64,000 bases of DNA from Diadema antillarum. Taxonomy: Eukaryota. Below, one piece after another: positions 25,888 to 37,834 of the stretch. A program made the position numbers and the translations under genes. The notes beneath the pieces are model-generated. The model had not been told where the DNA came from. It worked only from the letters and a program-made list of their open reading frames with translations, and made no database searches. Positions within the stretch are counted from its first letter, which is position 1. Each line of letters begins with the position of its first letter. The DNA is taken from positions 2,232,001-2,296,000 of the forward strand of contig NW_027270987.1 in NCBI RefSeq assembly GCF_040938485.1, given 5' to 3'.

Positions 25888-26810
25888 ATGAGCTCTAAAG
25901 AGCAGCACGATCCATCCCTCGCTTTACGAGCTACACGTGGACAAGAGGTCTGTGCCACGTTACCACCACCAGCGCCTCCCTCCGGCGATGCCGGTACGGC
26001 GCACGTACAGAAGAATGTGAGCATCGGCAAGAATAAGGCTCCAGATTCAGGGAAGAAGCCGATGAAGAAAATCCCTAAAAAAGCACCTCATACGGTATCA
26101 AAAGCCCCTTCCGAGGATCGGGCGTCTACCTCCGGGGATGTTAGTTCTCGTCTAGACAAACTTGAAAATCTCCTCGCCGAAGTGGTGAAACACCTTCCCC
26201 AATCGCATGATAAAACCACTAGCCGTGCTGCTGTGGTACATTCAGGCGCGTCTACATCTAGATCTACTGCGGAGGAATTTTCCCGCTTGCCTACTGACGT
26301 CCGCCATTTTGTTGGGGACGATTTTGATACGTCCGACGACACAGAGCGTGATGGACCGTTCGATTTTGACGAAGGGGTGGAAGAGGTTCCCCCTGCTGCA
26401 CAGCTACCCCCGTTGGCAGCCAAGTATGCTATCCCCATAGGAATAGGGGAGGCAGTTGACGAGGAAATCGCAAAATCGGTGAATTACTTCATTGGCAACA
26501 AACTGGAAGATAAAGCCATCGAGGAAACGGTTGGAAAATACCCCCCTCCGAGCAACTGCCCCCACCTCGATACACCTAAAGTGAACGCTCCCATTTGGGA
26601 ACACTTGCAATCCGTCACGCGTAACCGTGATCTGAAACTACAGAGAGTGCAGAAATGTCTGACTCGCGGTATTGGGGCTCTTCTTCGCTCTCTCGACGCG
26701 CGAGATATCTCCGAGTCTCAGCAAGACGCACTTGCTCTTTTGAGTAATGCGCATTTCGAACTGAATTGCGTGCGGAAAGATCTGATTAAACCTGACATCA
26801 ACTCGGAATA
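25888..26810 (+). pseudogene. DIRS gag-like ORF1, 5' part (interrupted by insertion)
   Basis: Open frame with LDTPKVNAPIW..RNRDLKLQRVQKCL..NAHFELNCVRKDLIKPDIN, typical of DIRS gag; broken at the TA of the Tyr codon 26809-26811. Confidence 0.85.
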
Positions 26811-29623
26811 CAGTCAAACTCGGATACCTCGAATTCGTCGGGACTGAAGAAAGTGGTTCGACGTACGCGAATTTCGAGGTACGCGTACGTCGAATTTTCT
26901 TCGACTTGTCCGATGTTTATCGATGTTCAACGTTTATCGATGTTCAACATGGTGTCTGTTATAGTGCCTAGTGATTGTTTGCATGCTTGTCAATTTGAAT
27001 TGAATCAACTTTTATATGAATGAATTGAGTGAAAATAGGAAATGAAATCAAAATTTCAGAAATAAAGATTTTGGTGGCCCGATCGCGCCACCAAAAAAAA
27101 AAAAAAAAGTCGGATGTTTGCCTTCACTTTTCAAAATGAACAGCGGTAACAATCGGTTACGTAAGATGCTAAAATAAATGTCAGAGTTTTGCGTTTAATT
27201 GTGGAAATGAATGACGGTAATATTCGACTCGGTATGATACTAAAATAAATGTCGGATGTTTGCTCATACTTTTGGAAATGAAATAACGATAAGACTCAGC
27301 TCCGTATGGTGCTAGAACTAATGTTAGATATTTGATTTTGCGTTCGGAAATGAATAAGGATAACATTCGGCTCCGGAAGACGCTGAAATAAATGTCGAAT
27401 TTTTGCTATGACGTTCGGAAATGAAAAACAATAACATTCAACTCCGTACGATGGTTAAATAAATGTCGGATGTTTCCTTATACTTTTGAAAGTAAATAGC
27501 AATAGCATTCGGCTCCGGAAGATGCTAAAATAGATGTCAGATGATCGTTTTTATGTTCGGAAGAAAATAGCAGTAATATTCTGCTCCATCATGTCCATAT
27601 GATGCTAAAATAACTGTCTGATGTTTGCTTTTAAATTTCGAAATGAATAACAGTAACATTCAGCTGCGTTTAATGGTAAAGTCAATGTTTGATGTTTGCT
27701 TTGACGTTCGGAAAAGAGTAACAATAATATTCAACTCCTGACAATGATGAAATAAATGCTGGATGTTTGCTTCTATGTTCGAAAGTAAATTGCAATAACA
27801 TTTAGCTCCGAAAGATGCTAAAATAAATGTCGAATGTTTGCTTTGATGTTCTGAAGTGAATAACAATAACATTCAACTCCGTACGCTGATAAAATAAATG
27901 CCGGATACGTCCGAAAGTAAATGTCAATAGCATTCAGCTCCGGAAGATGCTAAAATACATGTCGAATGATTGCTTTTACGTTTGGCATGTTTGGAAGTGA
28001 ACAGCAGTAACATTCTGCCCCATACGATGATAAAAAAATATATATATATTAGATATTTGCTACGGTACATTTCAAAATAAATATCAGTAACATTCAGCTA
28101 TACGTTTCATAGTCCAAAATGTCTGATGTCTGCCTTTACGTTCAAAAATGAACAGTAACATTCGGCTCCGTGCGATGATAAAATAATTGTCAGATGATTC
28201 ATTTCACTTTCGGAAGTGGACAGCAGTAACATTCGGCTCCGTTCGATAATGAAATAAATGTCGGATGTTTGAAATGAATAACGGTAATATTCTGCTCCGT
28301 ACGATGCAAAAATAAATAACAGATTGTTGCTTTAAATTTTGGAAATGATTAATGGTATTAATCCGCTCAGTTAGATGCTAAAACAAATAGCGGATGTTTG
28401 CTTTCACGTTTGGAAATGGATTACGATAGTATTCAGCTCCGTAAGATTCTAAAATGAATGTCGGTTGTTTGCTTTTACATTTAGAAATGAATAACGGTAA
28501 CTTTCGGTTTTTTACAATGCTAAAACAAATGTCGGATGCTAACAAATGTCAGCAAATGCTCCCATTTTCTCATTTCAAACGTAAGTTTTGACCTCCTCAA
28601 TATATTGGCATCAACTTTTATAATAATATCTACGCCTATTAACTTGTCAAATCTTTAAACACTAAGTAAGATGATTGAATTTTCTATTCATTTGTTTTAG
28701 ACATGGACATCTGTATCACTTCAATAATGCTTAATATTAATTTGTCTATGTTTAGTAGGACCGATTTAGTTTTTCTAATGTTTTTCCTGATTTTTTTTTT
28801 GTCACCAGATTTTACTTTCGACCACCAGAAAATAAAAATCAATGATATTGGTGGCCCGATAAAACTTAGTGCGGAGCCCTGTGTATTCTATTCTTCATTG
28901 TGATCGGCCTATACTTCCAGATTTTCATAATCGCATTGCTGGAAAAAAAAGTTTCAGTGCTTGCGTTCTCGGGGAAGTAAACTTCGTGAAAGGCAAAAAA
29001 AAAAATAGTTTAAAAAAAGGCACTACGAGGTAGATTGATGTTTTGACAGTGGAGCGTGATTAATGGCAAAGATATAACTGTCAACGTAAGCAGGTGCGCC
29101 CCGACGGTTGAGAAATCTACGCGCACGGTATGACTGTCTCGATCAAAAATCAAAACACAGTGGTTAAAGAAAAGCAAATGATGGGGCAGCGCGTAGTGCT
29201 CTATCGTAAAGCACTCCATTGGCACGGGTGCTATGTGCATACCCATGTACGTGTGGTGTTGGGGATTTTCCTTGTCAGCTGTGTATCGGGTATTTCTTCT
29301 TGGGCGCGCGATTGTTCTGGTCTCAGAATATTTACAATCGAGTGTGAAAACATGTGACACGTCTTCGCTGTCCACGCGCGCTTAATCGGAGATGCTGAGT
29401 GATGTTTACAATTTCGATTCGAGCAACATGCTGGGAAAAACAATAAGTTAATTAAGATCGGGACATTAGATTTCCCTTCGAGGTAACCGAACTTCGAGTT
29501 ATCTTTTTCGAGCTACGCGAATTTTAATACACGGAAACTCCATAGGAACAATCGGGACTTTCATTTTGCCCCGAGGTAAGTGATATTCGGCTTATCCGAT
29601 GTCGAGGTATCCGAGTTTGACTG
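26811..29623. mobile_element. Non-autonomous Tc1/mariner-superfamily (pogo/Tigger-like) DNA element, 2813 bp
   Basis: Perfect 22-bp TIRs cagtcaaactcggatacctcga / tcgaggtatccgagtttgactg; TA target duplication at 26809-10 and 29624-25; no transposase ORF in the ORF track. Confidence 0.88.
27105..28545. repeat. Degenerate tandem array, ~71-bp unit, about 20 copies
   Basis: Recurring unit similar to aaataaatgtcggatgtttgctttcacgttcggaaatgaataacggtaacattcggctccgtacgatgcta; starts at about 27385, 27456, 27525, etc. Confidence 0.9.
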
Positions 29624-29625
29624 TA

Positions 29626-30001
29626 CGTGCATCTCTGTAAGCCCTCAACACCAGTCACGCAGCTCTTGTTTGGTGATGATCTCACAAGACAGATGAAAGA
29701 TCTAAAAGAACAACACAAGGCCTCTGCTGGGGTCATGAGGACCCAGCAGAAACACATTTCTCGCCCGAGCGGCTCTTTCCATCCGTACAGACGACCCTTC
29801 TACAGCGGAGCTCGCCGGCAGGCTCGCGATGCGGGCTGGACGGGCGCACGTAGTGCTGCAGCCTCACGCTTCGTGCATGGAACGGCAAATCGTCCTTTTT
29901 TAGACCAGCGCTACCAGGGGAAGTCGCGACCTCCCCCACAGCAACGGCCGCAGAGCAGAGCTCATCCACAGGCCAGAAGCAAGGCTCCCCACAACAAGTA
30001 A
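29626..30001 (+). pseudogene. DIRS gag-like ORF1, 3' part
   Basis: Removing the insertion plus one TA restores GAA TAC GTG CAT CTC TGT AAG (..EYVHLCKPSTPVTQLLFGDDLTRQMKDL..). Reconstructed gag is 432 aa. Confidence 0.85.
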
Positions 30002-30060
30002 ACCAACAGCCCTCCTCTGAAGAGGTAGGAGACAATGATTCAACAGATTGCTCATTTGAC

Positions 30061-32073
30061 ATGTCAGTAACTGACCATGATGCATTTCTATCTTGTCTAG
30101 AAGAACAGTTTTCTAGATCTACTCCTCGATTTACTAGATCTATAGAATCTAGACCTACCACTTCATGTGTAAATGACCATCCAGTTGGAGGTCGACTGAG
30201 GCTTCATGCATGTAATTGGGAGAAGTTAACTTCAGATCCCACAATACTACAAGCTGTGAATGGCTATAAACTTGAATTCAAACCTGAATGTTTTCCACCT
30301 GAAAGGCTGAAACCTTTGGTTCAGTACAAAGTAAAGAATGAAGATTTGGCCAATATCCAAGCTGAAATTGATTCACTGGTAGCCAAGAATGTTATTGAAC
30401 CTTGTTCACATGAAGCGGGAGAGTTCATCTCTAACATTTTTACCCGCCCCAAGAAGAATGGCAGCCTTCGGGTCATTCTTGACCTCTCAGAGTTGAACAA
30501 AAGCCTAGTCTACCAGCATTTTAAAATGGATTCCATCCATACAGCAATGCAATTCATTACACCAGATTGCTTTCTAGCCTCAGTCGACCTTCAGGATGCT
30601 TATTATTCAGTACCATAGGAAATACCTGCGATTTGTGTGGCTGGGCCAACTTTGGCAATATCGTGCACTGCCAAACGGGCTTAGTACAGCACCGCGTCTG
30701 TTCACAAAGCTTCTCAAACCAGTTTTTGCTCATCTGAGAAGAGCAGGCCATATGGTAGTGGGATACCTTGATGATACTATCATTATTGGGAAGAATGAGG
30801 CTTGCACTCAAAGAGCAGTCGATGCTACGACTGATCTCTTCGAAGATTTGGGGTTTCTTGTCCATCAGTCTAATCAGTGTTAAAACCCACTAAAGAATTC
30901 ACCTTTTTGGGATTTGTCCTTAACTCTGTGAACATGAAAGTTACTCTCCCTGAATCTAAGAAGGAAGATATCACTGCTGAGTGCATAGACCTGTTGAATG
31001 CCACAGAGTCCTCTATTCGAGAAGTGGCTAGAGTAATAGGGAAGCTTATTGCTACATTTCCCGCAGCCCAATATGGACCCCTCTACTACAAACTCTTGGA
31101 AAAAGAGAAGATTTTGGCATTGAAGGCCAATAAAGGTCACTTTGATAGGAAAATGAGCCTGTCTAATAGAGCCAAACAGGAACTTAAGTGGTGGATTGAC
31201 CACATACAGTACACCTCTAATCCTATCGATAGACCTAGGCACACAATAGAATTGCGTACAGATGCGAGTGGGTCTGGTTGGGGAGCAACAGACATGTGCA
31301 CAAACACAGGGGGACGATGGAATGAAGTGGAAAGAGAAAAGGCTGTTAACAATGAGATCAATTATCTAGAAACCCTTGCAGCAGGATTGGCATTGAAGTC
31401 CTTTTGTTCTAGCCTGAGAAATGTTCATGTTCTCATTAGACTGGATAATACTACTGCAGTCTCATATATCAACAATATGGGGGGCTTCAGATCACAGGAC
31501 TGCAACAAATTGGCACATGACATTTGGGAATGGTGCATTGAAAGACAAATTTGGATCACAGCCGCCTACTTGCCAGGACGGCTCAATACCACAGCAGACT
31601 TCATGTCAAGGAAGTTTAACGATCAAACAGAGTGGATGCTTAACAAAGTTCAATTCACTGAAGTGGTAGAATATTTTGGCCTCCCTGAATTAGATCTTTT
31701 TGCTTCCAGACTTAATGCACAACTACCCAGGTATATCACTTGGCAGCCTGATCCTTCGGCAGAGAATGTAGATGCATTTACAGTGGATTGGGGTCCATTA
31801 TGGTTCTATGCTTTCCCTCCTTTCTGCCTTATCCCTAAATGTCTGCAAAAGGTAAGGGCAGATAAAGCCACAGGGTTGTTAGTAGTACCAAACTGGCCTA
31901 CACAATCATGGTTACCAGCACTTCAGGACATGCTGACTGAAAAACCACTTGTTCTACGTAGACATGCACAACTTCTTGTTCAACCTGTGTCTTTAATGCC
32001 CCACCCCTTACACAAACATTTGGATTTGCTCTGTTGCAGGCTTTCGGCCAACCCTTCAGGTCGCAGGGATTGA
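30061..32073 (+). pseudogene. DIRS pol (reverse transcriptase, RNase H, DAM-type methyltransferase-like domain) with two frameshifts
   Basis: RT motifs LRVILDL, VDLQDAYYSVP, ALPNGL..APRLFTKL, YLDD; RNase H TDASGSGWG, INYLE, DNTTAVSYIN; DAM-like DLFAS..YAFPPF. Frame breaks at about 30616 and 30872. Confidence 0.9.
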
Positions 32074-33008
32074 GTGCAGGGACCGTCAAGGTCATCGTAG
32101 CTTCTTGGAGGAAATCTACACGACAACAATATCATAGCTTCATCAGCAAATGGAAAGTTTTCTGCACTGCCAACAACATTAACTATCTCCAGACATCATC
32201 AGAATGGGCACTAGAATTTCTTTCAGACTTGTTTCACAAGGGAGCCAGCTACGGTACCATAAACTCTGCTAGAAGTGCACTGGCATCTTTTCTGACTCTC
32301 ACAGACAGTTCGCTTTCCATAAGCGCACATCCTCTAATAACTAGATTTGTGAAGGGAGTTTTTCACTTACGACCCCCCAGACCTCGCTACACGGAGGTGT
32401 GGGACGTTAGAACTGTCCTCAACTATCTGAGGAGGAAATCACCTGCAGGCGAATTGAGCTTGAAAGAGCTAACGTTGAAAGTGACAATGTTGTTAGCGCT
32501 TCTCTCAGCACAACGGGTACAGTCATTGAATGCTTTGAGAATAGACAAGATGATGTTCAAAGACAATTCCGTCAAATTCTACATCGATGACTTGTTAAAA
32601 CATCACAGACCTGGTAATACAGGCCATGTCGTGAGTCTAAGAGCGTACCCTCCAGACAGACGAGTTTGCATTGTACGATACCTTCGAGAGTATCTGAGAA
32701 GGACTCAGATTATTAGGAAGGACCAAAAGTATCTGTTAATAAGTTTTCGTAAACCTTATCACAGGGTTTCTACCCAAACTTTGTCTCGTTGGATTAAGAC
32801 AGTTATGGCAGAAGCTGGGATTGACACCAGCTTGTTCTCGGCACACTCCACAAGAGCAGCTGCAGCGTCTGCTGCCCAGAGGAAAGATCTGCCTGTACAT
32901 GAGATTTTGGCACAGGCAGGCTGGAGTAATGAGAAGACATTTCAAACTTATTACGCGAAACCCCTCAGGGATGAGAATGGGGGTTTCAGCCAAGCAGTGT
33001 TATCGTAA
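32034..33008 (+). CDS. DIRS tyrosine recombinase (apparently intact)
   Basis: 324-aa ORF with R (SAQR), HxxR (HSTR), W (AGW) and Y (TFQTYY) catalytic pattern; overlaps the pol 3' end. Confidence 0.9.
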   Translation: MQAFGQPFRSQGLSAGTVKVIVASWRKSTRQQYHSFISKWKVFCTANNINYLQTSSEWALEFLSDLFHKGASYGTINSARSALASFLTLTDSSLSISAHPLITRFVKGVFHLRPPRPRYTEVWDVRTVLNYLRRKSPAGELSLKELTLKVTMLLALLSAQRVQSLNALRIDKMMFKDNSVKFYIDDLLKHHRPGNTGHVVSLRAYPPDRRVCIVRYLREYLRRTQIIRKDQKYLLISFRKPYHRVSTQTLSRWIKTVMAEAGIDTSLFSAHSTRAAAASAAQRKDLPVHEILAQAGWSNEKTFQTYYAKPLRDENGGFSQAVLS

Positions 33009-33084
33009 AAGGTAAAGCCTTACCCCTCAGTGGTAAAAACGGTCATTGGTACAGTTCTGTATGGCCAAAAAATGTGCTTTAAAG

Positions 33085-33215
33085 TCTCCTATTATTACTC
33101 ATTATGCATCGTAGTCTCTTTCGAGACTTCCGAAATAAAATAGAAAATTTAAATGAGAACTTACCTGTTTGAAATTTAAATTGTATTTTATGAGGAAGGT
33201 GAAGGAAGAGACTAC
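33085..33215 (+). repeat. DIRS internal complementary region (ICR)
   Basis: 5' half is complementary to the start of the left ITR, 3' half (76 nt) to the end of the right ITR; junction ..cttccgaaataaaatagaaaatt.. Confidence 0.93.
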
Positions 33216-33312
33216 AGTCCCTCCTCTCCCACCCTTCTTCATAATTTCAGGTAGTTCTCAATAGCAGTAGGATGACTGTTTGATTGGTAGTCACATTTTT
33301 CGGAGCTACTAA

Positions 33313-33437
33313 TATTGCTGGACGCGCGTGCGGGCTCTCCTATTATTACTCATTATGCATCGTAGTCTCTTCCTTCACCTTCCTCATAAAATACAATTTA
33401 AATTTCAAACAGGTAAGTTCTCATTTAAATTTTCTAT
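33313..33437 (+). repeat. DIRS right inverted terminal repeat with right extension
   Basis: See the ITR and ICR matches above. Confidence 0.93.
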
Positions 33438-35997
33438 ATATATCCATACATAATCAATATTTTTCCTAGTGCCTATGGCCGATCTTAAGGATGACAGGTA
33501 CTAACCTGTCAATTTAAACTACAAGTTTTATTGGATAAAATATGGTTGCTGTGCTCTTGTTTATAACCAATTATATCTGAATTGTGACTTAAGCAACAAA
33601 TCTGCAAATAAGCATAAAATGAGCCAAAAACTGAGATCCACACCTATGATTGAAATAAACACAAATGTAAACATATGCTGATCAAAGTTCTTTAAAGAAT
33701 TTATTCATTCATTCCATAACTTCAATTCCATTCATTTTCATTCAAAAAACCTTCATTCAAACGCTTCAATTCTTTCTTAAAAGAATACATAGTGCAAAAC
33801 ATAAATTACAAACACTCAATACCCAAAGCTCTTGCACAACTTCTTCGTGCAACATTTATGTGATAAAGCATAATGACTGCCTTGTGTGTTGGTGTATGTG
33901 TGCACGTTTCTGAGAGAGAGAGAGAGACAAGAGAGCTAGAGACAGACAAACATGTAGACAAACGAATATAGACAGACTGAAAGACTAGCAGCAAGGCACC
34001 AGTACTGAAAAAAAGGTTTACAAAGTGACAGACACATAAGAAAGAAAAATTAAACCTGACCAATAGAAAACTCCCGAGTGACCATGACTCCCAGCAGGTG
34101 TTAATTCCATGAGTTAATCCATTATTTGACTTTCTCAAGTTTCTGCAAAAACCATGGAAGTCTACTAATGGGTAGGACTCTACAAAATGACAATTATAGA
34201 TTGGCGACAGAGAATGAACTGTTAGAATACTCATCCTAAAAATACCCTTGTAAAAAAAAATCCTTTTCATTGCATAACCCTATCAACCTTATGAAATATC
34301 ATTTAGATGCCATGATTTAGATTTTAATGTATAAGAAAAATATAGAAGTCATTACCCGGTATACCATTGTATTTTTACCACTGTAACACTGAAAAACTGA
34401 ATCCACCCAAGTGAACAAATGTATTTAGTGCCATCGAGTTTGTAAGACATCAAATTCAGTACTACATGTCCATTATCATCTCTGCTGAGATGACACCTTT
34501 TGAGTATTTTACCCGTATATTAATGAAAATGACACAGTCCATAATTTTGCCATCATTCAGAAGGATACACACATGATTTCACGCAAGAAAAACATCACTA
34601 AGATTGTGAAAGAATTTAAATTGAAAAGGGAAGGTTATTATCTTTTTTTTAATAGCTTTTAAAGCATCACATATTGCGTGTACTGGCCAAATGTCTACAC
34701 TACATAAGCTGAACTCATTTTTTTTTTTGCACAGAAGTACTCAAAAATATTTGGATTTCAATTTATATAAAGGAATTTACATTAACAACAAGCACACTAT
34801 ATCTGATGCAGCATTGCTGTGAAAATATCACTATCAAAGAGATCGAAAATAACGTTCAATTCATAAGCACTACACTGCATTTTTCCCATGAACTCTCGCA
34901 AATGTTGGAGCCCACTATCCCTGAGGTATCATGAACTTTGGGTATCACTTGTGTTTTGTGATTGGTCATTTCAGAACCAATGAAAATATCTGATACTTTG
35001 TTACTGTCAGTATAATATAAGGAATGTAAATTGATTTTCAGGTAGACATTAACAACATGAGGTGTGATCATATCATATGTCAATAAGACAGTCTCCATTT
35101 GAGTATATTGCAGTCTCCCATAAAGTTTAGCAAAGATGAGATCTACCCTTTCCAGTAGAGGTACAAATATCTGTTATCAGCAATTTATCTAAATTATCAA
35201 ATTGCCACCTACAACTGTATGCATTTGCAGTGCAACAGATGTATACAAGTGCGAATTCTGACTGAATTTAAATTTCATTTTCCATTAAAAGAATAAAAAA
35301 TCATCTAAGTATTAATAGAAGACAAAGTTTGAACAGTTGACTACATCAATCTACTTCATCAGAAGTAAGTTATGAGCCATTAGGTTACATTATCACCATT
35401 TGTCATGATATCATATTCTATTACAAGCCAACTCAAGATTTAGACTTAAATCAATCGTCAGGCTCTTATTACACATGGTAGGCAAGGAATACAAAGTATG
35501 TAAAGAATATTAAAGCCTCTCAAAAACACAAAAACAAGCTCCTACACATTTCAGACTTAATATGAACTAATAATCCCATCAAAATATTCAACTTGTTTGC
35601 CTTGCAAAGACATTGAAGTCCAGAAACTCACCCCATTCAGTTACTAGTAATCTATTCATTTGAAAAGGTGTTTTTACAATTATCTGCTTGCCGGTGTGAT
35701 GATACAATTATGTGCATAATCAAAGGTTTATCGTATGAACTTCATCTACAGGTTCTTTGCATAACTTATTGAGCTGTAATTTTGCAAAATTGACAGTCCA
35801 ACAATTGTTCTAATACATTGTTAAGGCAAGGACACTTTCTGTTAGTACATCAATCCCTTTCATGTGACATGTGTGCGTACCACAATTCTAGATAACTTTG
35901 TTTCATGTGATTTTGATGTGTCTTTAATCGTTGATTTTTTTTTTCTTTGGTCATATCTGCACATCAGAGGACACACCAATGCACATGTAGGGAGTAT

Positions 35998-36509
35998 TCA
36001 AGGATAGATTGGGAAAGATTCCATTGCAGTGCTCTCAAACCCGCACTCGTCCACCCCTCGTAGGATTCGGAAGTACCCATTCTCACCCCACGTGTCGCCC
36101 CAGCTGTTCTGCACAATCCAGAACTTCTGTCCCGTCGCTGCATCTGTGCCGTATCCCACCAGGAGCACGGCGTGGTTGGTGATCTCGAAGGGGTTGTACT
36201 TCAGCATCGAATTCTTGACGCCGGTGTGGTGGTAGATCCCACTCTTGTAGTTGAAGAAGTCATCATAGACCATGAAACCAACGGCAACAGGCCCATTTTT
36301 AACGAGAGCGGTACGCATGAGCTCGTCATTGCATCCTCCGTAGAAGCCACCGATGTAGCGGTAGTTGGTGGCAAAGTATCGACGGCAATGCGGCTTCTCT
36401 TTGCTGCACGACATATCTTTACCCTGGTAGGGGTAGCAAGATTCTTCCACCACACCAAAGTCCTCTGCATACTTGCCAGCGGTCAGGTAGGCAAAGCCAC
36501 CCTCACAAC
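35998..36509 (-). CDS. CTSC: Cathepsin C exon 6B (distal catalytic cassette; catalytic His and Asn)
   Basis: 512 nt; acceptor ctgttcag| at 36512-36510. [35 protein letters not shown]. Confidence 0.9.
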
Positions 36510-36744
36510 CTGAACAGCACCATGAACAGATGAACAACACCATTATTAAAGTCTGACACGTACAGTAAAGACCACTGCATGATGACCAATCATTACATAC
36601 TAACTTTTCCATAGTTATATATTATATAGTGTACCACTCGTTCATTTAAGTCAGTCACTTTTGCTTTGGTCAGCAATTTTTTGTTCCCTCTGCTTTACTG
36701 TAATCTTAACATATGCACATCAAAAGTCAAAATACAATAATTTT

Positions 36745-37792
36745 GTTTCTTGTTTGTTGAGGACAGACAATCCATTCAAAGAGTTTTTAAAGTTTCAGTG
36801 CCCCCATCGCTGGATGGAGAACACTACAACAGTTTGTGACGTCACTGCAGGATAACAAGAGAGAGAAAATATACACAATTCAACATATTTTCATATTTCT
36901 AGCAAAGTGAAAGAGCACTTGACTTATACCTCTATCAGGAGGAACAATATTACCCTTCAACATGGGTCAGTATCAAGTCAAAAGAATGTGTGCTTTTCAT
37001 ATAAACTGAAATTTTGTGAATTTTGGTTTCTTTATATTATGGTCCTGCAGTGATGTCACAAACTATTTGTGTTCTCATGCAGCAATGGCGGAACCAAAAC
37101 CTTAAAAATTCTTAAAGGACAAGTTCACCTTCATAAACATAAGGATTGAGAGAATGCAACAATATTAGTAGAACATATCAGTGAAAGTTTGAGGAAAATT
37201 GGACAATCGATGCAAAAGTTATGAATTTTTAAAATTTTTGTGTTGGAACCGCTGGATGAGGAGACTACTACAGCTTGTGAGTCATATGCGTACAACAGTA
37301 TAAAGAAAATGTAAAAGAAAATTCAACATATTTTCACTTTTTTCGCAGAATAAAAGAGCTCTTGACTTGCCTCTTTTCTAAGGCAGGGGGAATGATATCA
37401 CCCATAACATTTGTCGGTAACGAGTCAGGGGAATGTGTACTTTTTTCAAAAGATGGCATTTTGTGAAATTCTCTTTATATTTTCCTTATATTGTTGTACG
37501 CATGTGACATCTAAGTTTTTCATACACTGCAGTAGTCTTCTCATCCAGCGGTTACTGCACAAAAACTTCAAAAATTCATAACTTTTGAACGGATTGTCTG
37601 ATTTTCCTCAAACTTTCAATGATGTGTTCTACTAATATTGCTACATTCTCTCAATCCTTATGTTTATGAAGGTGAACTTGTCCTTTAATCTTTAAACGGA
37701 ATCTCTGATTTTCCTAAAACTTCAATGATGTGTTCTACTAATACTGCTGAATTCACTCAATCCACACATGTACTTGGGTGAGCTTGTCCTTT
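36745..37792. mobile_element. Older degenerate Kolobok-like copy hosting a younger copy
   Basis: Family motifs on both sides of the inner element; right end gagcttgtccttta at about 37790. Confidence 0.65.
37116..37684. mobile_element. Complete non-autonomous TIR element with TTAA TSD (Kolobok-like)
   Basis: TTAA|AGGACAAGTTCACCTTCATAAACATAAGGATTGAGAGAATG ... CATTCTCTCAATCCTTATGTTTATGAAGGTGAACTTGTCCT|TTAA, with long imperfect TIRs. AG..CT ends with a TTAA TSD fit Kolobok. Confidence 0.8.
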
Positions 37793-37834
37793 ATTATCAC
37801 ACAGTAAAAGAAAGAGACGTGGACTTCATATTAC

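Larger units (their letters stand above)
25625..33437 (+). mobile_element. Full-length DIRS1-type tyrosine-recombinase retrotransposon
   Basis: Left ITR 25625-25702; gag; RT-RNaseH-DAM; YR; ICR 33085-33215; right ITR 33313-33437. Flanked by (TA)n on both sides. Confidence 0.95.

Noticed and set aside
27105-28545. Tandem array considered as a CRISPR-like array
   Set aside because: The whole unit is degenerate repeat with no unique spacers, there are no cas genes, and the context is eukaryotic.
33389-33425. Splice-donor-like caggtaag in the DIRS right ITR
   Set aside because: It is part of the terminal repeat, with no exon context.
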